Position numbers and translations under genes: made by a program. A stretch of DNA of 64,000 nt from Trueperaceae bacterium. Lineage in GTDB: Bacteria > Deinococcota > Deinococci > Deinococcales > Trueperaceae. Under the pieces are notes generated by a model. That model ran no database searches. It had not been told where the DNA came from and worked only from the letters and a program-made list of their open reading frames with translations. Shown piece after piece: positions 50,011 through 59,129 of this stretch; within the stretch, counting starts at the first letter, position 1, and each line of letters starts with the position of its first letter. The stretch is taken from positions 1,152,001 to 1,216,000 of the forward strand of contig OZ243913.1 of the NCBI GenBank assembly GCA_965213705.1, given 5' to 3'.

Positions 50011-51345
50011 TTAGCGGAGCGCTTCGACGCGCTGGACGAGCAAGTCGGCGGTGTCTTCGGCGCTGCGGTCGCCGTCCAGAAACGCACGCACGAGTTCGCT
50101 CATCACACGGGTGCCGTACAGGCGTGACAGCAGCGCGCCCTGGCCTTGACTGTAGGCCCAGCGGTTGCCCACGTCGAGACCGGCGACGATGCCGTCGATG
50201 ACGTCTTGGCTGTAGATGTCGGCGAGCGGCGCTTTGCGGTCCACACCGACCTCAAGTTGAGCCCAGCCTTCGGTGAACTCGTTGGGCGCGTCGGCGGTGC
50301 CGCGGCGCACCGGGAACAGGCCTTCGGGAGCCATCGACAGCCAAGTGAGGTAGGCGTCGTTGAGGACGTAGTCGACAAAGCTTTGCGCGGCCTGGGTGTC
50401 GGCGTCGACGCTGATGCCGAAGTAAGAACCGCTCGCCCAGCCCGCGCCGTCCGGGTTGCTGGGACCGGCGAGGCGGGTTACAAAACCGGTGTTTTTAGCC
50501 AGTTCGTCGCTCGTGGGGTCGGCCCCGGCGGTGACCGGCACGTTGTCGCGCAAGCCGGCCAACTCGTCCAAGATGAAGGGCGACCACATGATCATCGCCG
50601 CTTGCCCGCCCAAGTAGAGTTCACGCGACTGCTCCCAGTAGAGGTTGCCCGGCGGCGACGCGTCGGCAAGCTTTTTGTAGAACTCCAGGGTTTCGATGAC
50701 CTTGTCCCGGTCGAGCGAGATGGAACCGTCGTCGTTGACGAGTTGAACGCCGTCGGCGAGGAAGAACTCTTCCAACACTTGCATCATGTAGTCGTTGTCG
50801 ACGTCGGTGGCGGCCACGAAGCCGTACATGTCGGGCGGGTTGCCAAGCGCGTCGACCGCGGCCTCGATAGCGGCGAAGGTGGTAGGTGCCTCGAGCCCGG
50901 CTTCTTCAAACAGGTCTTTGCGGTAAACGATTAGCTGGGTCCAACCGTCGGACGGCACCGCCGCGTAACCGCCTTCGACGCGGGCCAAGTTCAGCGGCCC
51001 CTCGGCAAAGGTGTCCTCGCCCAGGGTTTCGACGGTCTCGGTGGCGGCTTCGATGTCGAGGATGCCCGCGTCGACCCAGCCGATGGTCTGACTGATGGGG
51101 TGGTAAATCACGTCGGGCAAGTCACCCGCGGAAAAAGCGGCGGTGACGCGGGTGGCAAGTTCGCTTTCTTCCACCGGCACCACCTCGACCGAGGTACCCG
51201 TGGCGGCCTCGAAGTCGGCGGCGATTTGCTCCTGCACCGCCATACGTTCGGGCTGTGTCTGGGTCGTCCAGAAGACGAGTTGCGCGTGAGCGGCGGCAAA
51301 ACAGAAAACGAGCAGACTTAACGACAGTTTGAACCAAAGTTTCAT
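50011..51345 (-). CDS. Sugar ABC substrate-binding protein (YcjN-like)
   Basis: Signal peptide AHA-Q; AGDLPDV, AVPSDGW.Q..VYRKD, AM..WS.FILDE. Confidence 0.9.
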   Translation of the reverse strand: MKLWFKLSLSLLVFCFAAAHAQLVFWTTQTQPERMAVQEQIAADFEAATGTSVEVVPVEESELATRVTAAFSAGDLPDVIYHPISQTIGWVDAGILDIEAATETVETLGEDTFAEGPLNLARVEGGYAAVPSDGWTQLIVYRKDLFEEAGLEAPTTFAAIEAAVDALGNPPDMYGFVAATDVDNDYMMQVLEEFFLADGVQLVNDDGSISLDRDKVIETLEFYKKLADASPPGNLYWEQSRELYLGGQAAMIMWSPFILDELAGLRDNVPVTAGADPTSDELAKNTGFVTRLAGPSNPDGAGWASGSYFGISVDADTQAAQSFVDYVLNDAYLTWLSMAPEGLFPVRRGTADAPNEFTEGWAQLEVGVDRKAPLADIYSQDVIDGIVAGLDVGNRWAYSQGQGALLSRLYGTRVMSELVRAFLDGDRSAEDTADLLVQRVEALR

Positions 51346-51404
51346 GTAGTTCCTCCTTAACCCAACGAGTTAAAACTTACGGCCTTGATGCACGGCTGAG
51401 GACC

Positions 51405-52433
51405 TTACTCAGCAATGGCGCTCTGCACCTCCTTTCTGGACTGTACCGACTGCCGGATTACGAACTCCGTCGGCACGACGGTTGCTTTGGGCGCGGCGCT
51501 ACCCATACGGGCGAGCATTGCCAAGGCAGCCTCGCGACCCATGTCTCGGCCGTTTTGGCGCACCGTCGTTAGGGGCGGGTCGACGTAAGCGCACCAGGGC
51601 AGGTCGTCGAAGCCAACCACGGACAGGTCGGCAGGCAGCTTGACCCCGCGCAGTTTGCAGCCGTGGTACAGCCCGAGGGCGACGCGGTCGTTGCTGCACA
51701 AAACTGCGGTCACGTCGGGACGGCGCGTCAAGACCTCCGCCGCCTCAACCCCCGCCTGCTCGCTCGAGTCGCCGGGGATGACGAGCGGCGTGAGGCTGTG
51801 CGCGTCGCAAAAGGCGAGGTAACTGGTAAGCCGCTCCCTACCGTCGCGCCTCAGCCCGGCAATGTGGGCGACAGAGCGGTGGCCGAAGGCAAACAAGTGG
51901 TGCATAGCGTCCGTCACACCGCCCGCGTTGTCGAGGCTCACCGAGCTGAAGTTATCCACCGCGTCGTCGGCTTCGCGCTGCACGAGCACGACCGGCACGT
52001 GGTCACCGGCAAGGGCTTTAAGGGCGCGAGCGGCGAGTCTGCTGCCGATCAGGATGAGCGCGTCTACCTTGCGGCCCAAAAGCAGCTCGACCGAGGCTTG
52101 CTCCTGAACCGTGTCGCGGTCGCTCGTCACGATCATAAAGTTTTTGCCGTGCGCCTCCAACACGTCTTCGATGCCGCGCACCATCTGCGCGTAGAGCGGC
52201 CCGGCCACGTCGGGGATGAGCACGCCGACAATCCCGCTCGTACCGGTGACCAGCCCGCGGGCCAAGCTGTTCCGGCGGTAACCGAGGCGTTTAACAGCCG
52301 CTTCGACTTTGGTCCGTGTGCGCTCGGTCACCCTACCCGTTCCCTGAAGGTCGTTGAGAACTCGAGACACCGTCGCGGTAGATACCCCTGCCGTTTGCGC
52401 AACGTCCAGAATAGTTGGATGATGCTTCGACAA
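51405..52433 (-). CDS. LacI family transcriptional regulator
   Basis: TILDVA..AGVS.ATVSRVLN, LGY..N..AR.L, SVVGFDD, PPLTTV. Confidence 0.93.
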   Translation of the reverse strand: MSKHHPTILDVAQTAGVSTATVSRVLNDLQGTGRVTERTRTKVEAAVKRLGYRRNSLARGLVTGTSGIVGVLIPDVAGPLYAQMVRGIEDVLEAHGKNFMIVTSDRDTVQEQASVELLLGRKVDALILIGSRLAARALKALAGDHVPVVLVQREADDAVDNFSSVSLDNAGGVTDAMHHLFAFGHRSVAHIAGLRRDGRERLTSYLAFCDAHSLTPLVIPGDSSEQAGVEAAEVLTRRPDVTAVLCSNDRVALGLYHGCKLRGVKLPADLSVVGFDDLPWCAYVDPPLTTVRQNGRDMGREAALAMLARMGSAAPKATVVPTEFVIRQSVQSRKEVQSAIAE

Positions 52434-52473
52434 AAGCTTATCCTCTCGACGAGACCTTTCAGACTAGGGCCTG

Positions 52474-52533
52474 ATGTAAGCGTTTACATTTTGTGTTGAC
52501 TTAAGTATGGCTTACAAGTAGGTCTTGTGTCAA
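52474..52533 (-). promoter_or_regulatory. Promoter plus LacI-type operator
   Basis: TTGACA-18-CATACT (52533-52504), followed by near-palindrome ATGTAAGCGTTTACAT (52474-52489) with central CG. Confidence 0.72.
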
Positions 52534-52619
52534 GAATCAACAGGCTTCCTGCGAAAGTGTCAACTGAGCAACCGTAAAGCTGACTCGCGTCGCAACCCAT
52601 TGGACTTGATAAAAGAGGT

Positions 52620-53681
52620 CTAATAGCTAAGCGCCACTTTGAGGGCTTCTGCTGGGTGTTGGTCTACCAAACTGTAAGCATCTGCCGCCTGAGCGAACGG
52701 AACGCGGTGGGTGATGAACTTAGTCACGTCCAAACTGCCGCGCAGCAAGTCCGCGGCCACCGCGCGAAGACGGCCCCGGTCCCAGGCCGGGTAGTCCCGG
52801 TGCGGATTGCCCCAGCCGCGCATGCTCGAGACCATCGTGAGGCGGTTGTGATGCCACTCCTCGCCGAGCCGTAGCGCCGAGCCGCCCCCTTGGTAAAAAC
52901 CTGCCGCCACGACCACCCCCGCCGGGCGCACGCTCCGCATCGCCTGGTGCAGCGCGGCGTAGTTTCCCGAAAACTCTATCGCCACGTCCGCGCCCCTCCC
53001 GTTGACGCTTTTCAGGTCGTCCGTCGTCTTGACTTTAAGGCCTACGTCCACGGCTGCCGGGTCGAGGGTGAGGTCGGCACCGAGCTGAACTGCCAACTCG
53101 CGGCGGACGGCCAGCGGGTCCACCGCGCCGACCCAAGCCGCGCCGGCAAGGCGGGCGAGCTGGACCGCCAACAAGCCTAGAGCCCCGAGGCCGAACACCA
53201 AAACCCGGTCACCGACTTTGACACGTGCGTCGTGTACGGCTTGCAGGGCGATGCCGGTCGTCTCGAGCAGGACGGCCTGCTCGGGTTCCAGGCCGTTTGG
53301 GAGGTGGCCCAGGACACCCTGCCCCACCCGCGCGTCCACTGCAAAGGTGTGCGTTTCACGATGGGGCAAGGGCAAGTGAACCAGGTCGCCGACCTGAAAC
53401 TCACCCACCCCTACGCCCACCTCGCTGACGCGGCCGAGCCATTCGTAGCCCAAAGTCATAGGATAGGCGTCTTGAACCGGGTCAGGAACGAACAGTCGCA
53501 GCTCCGGATCGAAACGCTTCTCGCCGAAAGCCGAGGTGCCGCGGTAAAGGCTCAACTCCGTGCCGTGGCTGAGCGCGCTCAAAACGGCCTCGGCCCGAAC
53601 CTCTCTGGGCGCGAGCGGCGCTTCGGCGTAGCTCGAAAGTGCGAGGGTTCGCGGTGCGGTCAGCAACATTTCCTGGGGCAT
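52620..53681 (-). CDS. MDR/zinc-binding dehydrogenase (YcjQ-like)
   Basis: SHGTEL..YRG, YP..LGYE, VFGLG.LG, L.LGEEWHHNR. Confidence 0.85.
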   Translation of the reverse strand: MPQEMLLTAPRTLALSSYAEAPLAPREVRAEAVLSALSHGTELSLYRGTSAFGEKRFDPELRLFVPDPVQDAYPMTLGYEWLGRVSEVGVGVGEFQVGDLVHLPLPHRETHTFAVDARVGQGVLGHLPNGLEPEQAVLLETTGIALQAVHDARVKVGDRVLVFGLGALGLLAVQLARLAGAAWVGAVDPLAVRRELAVQLGADLTLDPAAVDVGLKVKTTDDLKSVNGRGADVAIEFSGNYAALHQAMRSVRPAGVVVAAGFYQGGGSALRLGEEWHHNRLTMVSSMRGWGNPHRDYPAWDRGRLRAVAADLLRGSLDVTKFITHRVPFAQAADAYSLVDQHPAEALKVALSY

Positions 53682-53729
53682 GAAACGTCTCCGGAGTCAG
53701 ATGACGTAGGATACCAGGGAGGAGGTTTA

Positions 53730-54614
53730 ATGACCTTCGGCCTGCACGCGTCCATGCTCGAGCCTTACTACCCTTTTCCGGACAGCCTCGTTAAAACGGC
53801 CGAAATGGGGGCAGACAGTTTTGAAATCGACATCGAGCTGTCCCGGCACGGCGAGCCCTGGCACCAGCGTCGCGGCGCTTGGCACGCGAGGTTGAAGCTC
53901 GCCCGTGAGGTAGCGGTAGACGTAGGCCTTGCCCTACCCTCGCTCTGCCTCGGCGCACTCTGGCAGTACAGCCTCGCCAGCAGTAACGAACATGAGCGGG
54001 CCACCGCGGTTGAAATCGTCGAGGACGCTGTGACTTGGGCCGCGAGCTTGGGTGCGTCCGCCTTGCTGCTTCCGGTCGGCCAGCCGCCAGGCTTGGCGGT
54101 GACGGCGGCTCGGCGAAACCTCGTAGCGAGTCTGCGACGCTGTTTGAAAGTTGCAGAACCAGCTGAAGTAACCCTGGCGCTAGAAAACTTAAGTCAGCGG
54201 CTGCTTTACACGTCCGCCGACTTTCTTAACGTTTTGGCGGAGGTTGACTCTCCCAACTGCGGCATCTACTTTGACCCAGGCAACCTGATGTATGTCGGCG
54301 AAGACCCGGCGACGGCCCTGCAGCGCCTTGGGTCTTACGTTGTCCGCGTCCACCTGAAAGACACCGCGGCGATACGCCGTAAGGTAACCATGCCTGGGCA
54401 CGCCGTAGGAGAATTCAGCCTCTGGGAGAGCCGAACGTCCGTTCCTCTTGGCAAGGGTGACGTCGATTGGGCTGCGCTTAGGGATGCGCTTGACACCATC
54501 GACTATAAAGCCGGCTTTGTTCTCGAGGTCCCGCCGGCACCTGCAGATGCTTGCCGTGTCCAACTGGATACCGCGCGACGCTTTTTCAAACTGTATCCAC
54601 GAAACAATTTGTGA
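53730..54614 (+). CDS. Sugar phosphate isomerase/epimerase (xylose isomerase-like TIM barrel)
   Basis: SD GGAGG, ATG 53730; LALEN, FD.GN, VHLKD, G.GDVDW, LE metal-site motifs. Confidence 0.85.
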   Translation: MTFGLHASMLEPYYPFPDSLVKTAEMGADSFEIDIELSRHGEPWHQRRGAWHARLKLAREVAVDVGLALPSLCLGALWQYSLASSNEHERATAVEIVEDAVTWAASLGASALLLPVGQPPGLAVTAARRNLVASLRRCLKVAEPAEVTLALENLSQRLLYTSADFLNVLAEVDSPNCGIYFDPGNLMYVGEDPATALQRLGSYVVRVHLKDTAAIRRKVTMPGHAVGEFSLWESRTSVPLGKGDVDWAALRDALDTIDYKAGFVLEVPPAPADACRVQLDTARRFFKLYPRNNL

Positions 54615-54634
54615 CGGGTTTTTAGCCTGTTCTC

Positions 54635-55054
54635 ACGCTGAACATCGGGGTGGGCAACCTGGTCGTGGTTAAACGAAGTACCGCCGTCTGCGACGAGAAG
54701 GTGATACCCTTTCCGTTTAATTCCCTCGGAATTGAATGCGAGCAGAGGGAGAAGAAATAAATACGAATTCCGGTAAGGAAGCGAAATACTCTTCCAAGGT
54801 TTACGAGCTGTATTACCGGAATCCATATGAGGTGTGCTATGAGCTGTACGGCACAGTTGACCGGCCCGGTTACGGCTTTGTCTTCGGACGGGGTGGCACG
54901 GCGGCTTCAATGATGAAGAGGTCGACATCTTTCTGGACGTGACCGGGGTGGTACTGCCGTCGATTGCTTCGTGTGCGAGAGCGTGGGGCAGCTCAAGCGG
55001 GACTTTCGGCAAGAGAAATTCAAAGAGGCGTTCGGGGCTCGAGCCCAGGTGTAG
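54635..55054 (+). pseudogene. Degraded paralog of 45544-45846
   Basis: Alignable end to end (e.g. TGCTATGAGCTGTACGGCACA, GCTCAAGCGGGACTTTCGGCA, GCGTTCGGGGCTCGAGCCCAGG); start ATG>ACG, small indels and a 123-bp insert. Confidence 0.88.
54705..54827. mobile_element. 123-bp MITE-like/small non-coding repeat insertion
   Basis: Absent from the intact paralog; flanked by TGA direct repeats (54702-54704, 54828-54830); inverted repeat ATACGAATTCCGGTAA/TTACCGGAATCCATAT and hairpin TTTAATTCC-CTC-GGAATTGAA. Confidence 0.7.
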
Positions 55055-55227
55055 CAAAATTTGTCTATCTCCTGTCAATTCGACACACCCCTACACCTCC
55101 GCACCGCATTACCCAGGGTTCGTCTGACGAACGACAGCATTTTTAAAGCGGGCATATCGAACTGGTACAACACGGTCAGCAGACAAGTCCGCAACAGGTG
55201 TCCACAGTCAGACGGCACCCCCGCACT

Positions 55228-56238
55228 TCACAGGTATTTGCCCACTTGTTCGCTGAGGTCGCAAGCTTCGGCGACGAATTCGTAGGAGCGCAGACGTTCG
55301 GCCGGGTCGTAGATGGCTGAGCTGATCATTAACTCGTCGGCCCCACTCGCCGCGGCTTGCTTTTCGAGTTCCGCGCGCACCGTTGCCGGGTCGCCGACAA
55401 TCAAGAGCCGGCGGTTACCAAGCACGACGGCGCGCTCCTCGGGAGTGTACGGGTACGCCTCGGCTTCCTCAGGACTGGGGTAGGCGTCGACCTGACCGCG
55501 CTGCAGCCGCAACCGGAACAGGTCGAGAGATTTCGCCAAATGGTCGGCGCGCTCGGCGGTCTCGGCACAAACGACCGAGACGGCAAGGATGGCGTGGGGC
55601 GCTGCAAAAGCCGTACTAGGCTCGAAGCTTTCACGGTAAGCCTGCAGGTGCGGCGCGGCGGGTGACGGGCTGAAGTGGCTGGCGAAGCTGTAGCCTAAGC
55701 CCAGCGAACCGGCGAACCTAGCGCTGGCCCCGCTCGAGCCCAGCAGCCAAATCGGCGGCAAGGTGACGCCACGCGGCACGACCTTGACCTCGTAAAACGG
55801 ATGGTCTTCGGGCAGGGTACCTGCAGAGAGGTCGCGCAGTTCCGCCAAGTGCTGGGGAAAGCTCTCGCCGCCGAAGGAGCGTAAGGCTCGGCTCGTTACG
55901 GGGTCGGTGCCGGGGGCGCGGCCGATGCCTAAGTCGATGCGTCCGGGATACAACGCTTGAAGCGTGTGGAAGCGCTCGGCGACTTGCAAGGGCGCGTGGT
56001 TCGGCAGCATGACGCCGCCCGACCCCACCCGAATCCGCTTCGTCGCGCCGGCGATGTAGCCGATGAGAATCTCGGGCGCGGAGCTGGCGATGCTCGGCAT
56101 ATTGTGGTGTTCGGCGAACCAGTAGCGCGTGTAGCCGAGCCGTTCGGCTGTTCTGGCAAGGTCGACGGTGCGGCGCAGCGCGTCTGCGGCCGTGTCCTGG
56201 GCGGTGACGGGGGCTAAGTCGAGAACGGAGAGCTGCAT
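55228..56238 (-). CDS. Luciferase-like (LLM class) flavin-dependent oxidoreductase
   Basis: [44 protein letters not shown]. Confidence 0.92.
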   Translation of the reverse strand: MQLSVLDLAPVTAQDTAADALRRTVDLARTAERLGYTRYWFAEHHNMPSIASSAPEILIGYIAGATKRIRVGSGGVMLPNHAPLQVAERFHTLQALYPGRIDLGIGRAPGTDPVTSRALRSFGGESFPQHLAELRDLSAGTLPEDHPFYEVKVVPRGVTLPPIWLLGSSGASARFAGSLGLGYSFASHFSPSPAAPHLQAYRESFEPSTAFAAPHAILAVSVVCAETAERADHLAKSLDLFRLRLQRGQVDAYPSPEEAEAYPYTPEERAVVLGNRRLLIVGDPATVRAELEKQAAASGADELMISSAIYDPAERLRSYEFVAEACDLSEQVGKYL

Positions 56239-56330
56239 AGCTCAGGGTAAGGGTACAAATGGCACCGGCGTGTTGCGCGGCCGGTGCAGAAGCGCCTCCT
56301 CACGCACATCTAAATTTAAGTTGCTCCTCG

Positions 56331-56642
56331 ATGATTCTGAGCGGTCGCAAACTTACCCTGTCGTCTACCGAGTTCGTCATCCTCACGGCGACGATTTTGC
56401 TCGTGGCGCTGTCGATCGACGGGATGTTGCCCGCGCTGCCCGAGATTGCTCAGGATGGCGGTGTACAAGACACAAACGACCGCCAACTCGTCGCTTCTGT
56501 GTTGTTCTTGGGCCTGGCGGTGGGCCAGCTTTTTTACGGCCCGCTATCCGACACGAACGTCCGGAAACCGGCGATTTACGCGGGCTTCGGCCTGTTTATC
56601 GTCGGCTGTGTACTGTCTATGCTGGCGACGAGTTTGCCGTAA
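56331..56642 (+). pseudogene. Truncated Bcr/CflA-type MFS transporter
   Basis: ALSID.MLPALPEI, GQLFYGPLSD...RKP; ends after about three TM helices. Confidence 0.78.
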
Positions 56643-56659
56643 TAGTTGGTGGGCTCGGC

Positions 56660-56696
56660 AAAGAAAAAGCGGGGCACAACCTAGCCCCGACTTTCT
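56660..56696 (-). terminator. Rho-independent terminator of the second sugar operon
   Basis: Stem CGGGGC/GCCCCG, followed on the minus strand by CTTTTTCTTT. Confidence 0.65.
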
Positions 56697-56731
56697 CGGT
56701 TCAACTTGCCGCAGCTACTTGCAAAAACTTC

Positions 56732-57436
56732 TTAAGCGCCCACAGCGTCCAGCGCCTGTCGAAATGTTTCGGTGGCGCGAACGATGCTCTCCAAGCCGGT
56801 ACCGGTGACGGCGTAGCCAATCAGATAGTTGACCGCGCCGTTTTCGACCAGCATGGGCAAATCGGCAGGAGTCAGCTTTCTATCGGTGGGTATAACCAAA
56901 GGCGTGCCGCTGCCCTGCAGCGCTTTAAGGACTAACTTGATGCGCACGACATCGTCCATGCTTAAAGGGTCTCCGAACGTCTCGACAGGAAGGAACGACC
57001 CCTCGATAACGTCTACTTCCGGCAAAGAACCGAGTGTAGCAATCATATCGAGCGTGTAGTCGGGGGTTGGTCCCAACCACTTCGTGATACCAGAAACACG
57101 CAGCATGTCAGGATGCGCGAACTTGGCATACAAGTCGACAAAATCAAACCCCATGTCACGGAGCTGTTCGACCTCGTCCGCACTCGTTCCGGCCCGCCCT
57201 CGGGGCACAATGCCGACAGGGACGGTTACGGCTTCGATGACCGCCTGTATTCTGTCGCGCTCGCGTTCTAGGTCGGGTATGACAATTCCTGTCACTCTGT
57301 GAGCTAGGTTGGTGTGTAGTTTGATGCCGTCCGCTCCGGCCTCCTCAACGGCCTTGGCAATTTCAGCGGAATTTTCGATCAAACTGACGCAGAGGGTAGG
57401 TTGCTGGCTTTTGAGCATTTCTAATATTCGAGGCAT
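56732..57436 (-). CDS. Uncharacterised TIM-barrel-like enzyme
   Basis: 234 aa alternating beta/alpha pattern (LCVSL, GADGIKLH, VPVGIVP, GFDFVDLY, PLVIPT, YLIG.AVTG); SD AAGGAG. Confidence 0.7.
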   Translation of the reverse strand: MPRILEMLKSQQPTLCVSLIENSAEIAKAVEEAGADGIKLHTNLAHRVTGIVIPDLERERDRIQAVIEAVTVPVGIVPRGRAGTSADEVEQLRDMGFDFVDLYAKFAHPDMLRVSGITKWLGPTPDYTLDMIATLGSLPEVDVIEGSFLPVETFGDPLSMDDVVRIKLVLKALQGSGTPLVIPTDRKLTPADLPMLVENGAVNYLIGYAVTGTGLESIVRATETFRQALDAVGA

Positions 57437-57478
57437 GACTTCTCCTTCTTGTTTAATTAGTTACGCACTTTTTAACGT

Positions 57479-59101
57479 TCAGTCGACTGTCCCGAAGGGT
57501 TGGTCACGAGAGGTTAGGCGAATGTCTTCTGGCCAAGAAAGTTCGACACCGAAAAGATTTACCAAAAGGTCTCGAAACTCTAGCAATCGAACACCGTCAT
57601 TTCGAACCTGACGGGGCATCAGATTGTGGTTGAGACAGTGCGCCGCCAAAGCACCCGCCGCCTCGCCAATGTTCCATTCAACCGGATGGAGACGATAACA
57701 ACCGTTGGTGATGTGGGTCGTGCCAATGTTTTTGTTAGCCGGCAGAACGTTCTCTACCCGGACAGGTATAAGGGCACCCAAAGGAATTTGGAAAGGCCAG
57801 TTGCTCACGTCGACGTAGTCTCGCTGACCGGTGCTGGGGTGAAGGTCGATTCGGTAAGAACCGATACCGACGGAGTCATGAAAGACCTCGGCCCCTTGTA
57901 TGCCTTCGCGAGCTACAACACCGACGTGCTGTTCCAAAACTGTAAACTCAGCCCGAATGCGGCGGGATTCGCGTATGTAAGGAAAAAGAGCCAGCCCGTG
58001 GTTTGTGCCGGTTACGTCTCCGCGGAGTTTTAACCCAGAATAGCCAGTTCCACCGTCGAGCCGGGGTGCCTCGGTTTGCATCCAGTAAACCATTGAAAGG
58101 CCGAGTTGATGCGCGCCGCGCAAGTGCCGCCGCTTTTCTTCTTCGGTGACTCCAACGATGGGGCCAAGGGTGTAGTCGAGCTGCGGCCAGTTCGCGACGG
58201 TGATGTCACTGTCGAAGGTGCTTTCGGGGTAGGCCTTGCGGTAGAGAATCCGGCGGAAGTGCCACAGGTCGTCGATGCCTACGGCGTCGGTGTCCCCAGC
58301 GAAGATAGGTCGGGTATAAGGCTCGAGAGTGATGGGGTGACTCGTCGTCCAGCTGAGTTGCTTGGCCGGCCAGTAGCTGGGGTGGTAGTCACGCCAGAAG
58401 TCGTAGTCGGCGGGTTTTTCGATGGTGTGGTCCTCCCCCGGGTGGAAACTGAGTGCGAAACACCAGCTGACTGCCTGCTGGTCGAGTGGGTCGGCCTCGC
58501 CGGGTAGCGCCTGAGGTTCCCCCGTCTGAGCCTGGCTCTCAGAGCCCATGACGTGTTCGATGTCGGCCAGCTCGAGGAGGTCACCGAGCTCCGTGGCATC
58601 TATGACGAAAGGTGCTTCAACTGTGAGTGTGTCACCTGTTTCTTCGTTGCGGAAAGTCACCGTGGTGATGCGGTCGCGGCTGGTTTCAGCAGAAATAGGC
58701 TTGTGGTGGGTGAGGACGGTCATTTTCTGGCTTGCTCTTAAGGGAGCTATCATCTCTTCAATGACTGCGAGAGCTACGCGAGGCTCATGACACAATGGGC
58801 TCACGAAACCCATTCCTGGGTTGAGAAAAGGGTCACTTTTGAAACGGTCTAGGAGCGGATAATTTCTGCGGTAGTAGTTCCGTATCTTGTCGCGCAACAG
58901 GCGGTAGCTAGAGGTGCAACCAACGGATTCTATCCACGGATGTTCGTCTGGAGGAACGGCCTGGGTGGTGAGTTGGCCGCCCAGCCATTTCGTTTCTTCA
59001 GTGAGGATGACCCGACGTCCGAGTTGCACTGCGGCGAGAGCCGCGGCGATGCCGCCGAGCCCCCCACCAACGATAAGAACGTCCGTTTTGCCCTCTCTCA
59101 T
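57479..59101 (-). CDS. FAD-dependent oxidoreductase (FAD_oxidored-like)
   Basis: DVLIVGGGLGG, LGGQLT, IDATELGD, YIRESRRI, PFQIPLGALIP, YRLHP.EW..GEAAG. Confidence 0.88.
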   Translation of the reverse strand: MREGKTDVLIVGGGLGGIAAALAAVQLGRRVILTEETKWLGGQLTTQAVPPDEHPWIESVGCTSSYRLLRDKIRNYYRRNYPLLDRFKSDPFLNPGMGFVSPLCHEPRVALAVIEEMIAPLRASQKMTVLTHHKPISAETSRDRITTVTFRNEETGDTLTVEAPFVIDATELGDLLELADIEHVMGSESQAQTGEPQALPGEADPLDQQAVSWCFALSFHPGEDHTIEKPADYDFWRDYHPSYWPAKQLSWTTSHPITLEPYTRPIFAGDTDAVGIDDLWHFRRILYRKAYPESTFDSDITVANWPQLDYTLGPIVGVTEEEKRRHLRGAHQLGLSMVYWMQTEAPRLDGGTGYSGLKLRGDVTGTNHGLALFPYIRESRRIRAEFTVLEQHVGVVAREGIQGAEVFHDSVGIGSYRIDLHPSTGQRDYVDVSNWPFQIPLGALIPVRVENVLPANKNIGTTHITNGCYRLHPVEWNIGEAAGALAAHCLNHNLMPRQVRNDGVRLLEFRDLLVNLFGVELSWPEDIRLTSRDQPFGTVD

Positions 59102-59129
59102 GCAATCTCCTCAATGCTTTTGATTTTTA

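Noticed and set aside
55228..56238. Bioluminescence luxA
   Set aside because: A generic LLM-class monooxygenase with no luxB/CDE neighbours.
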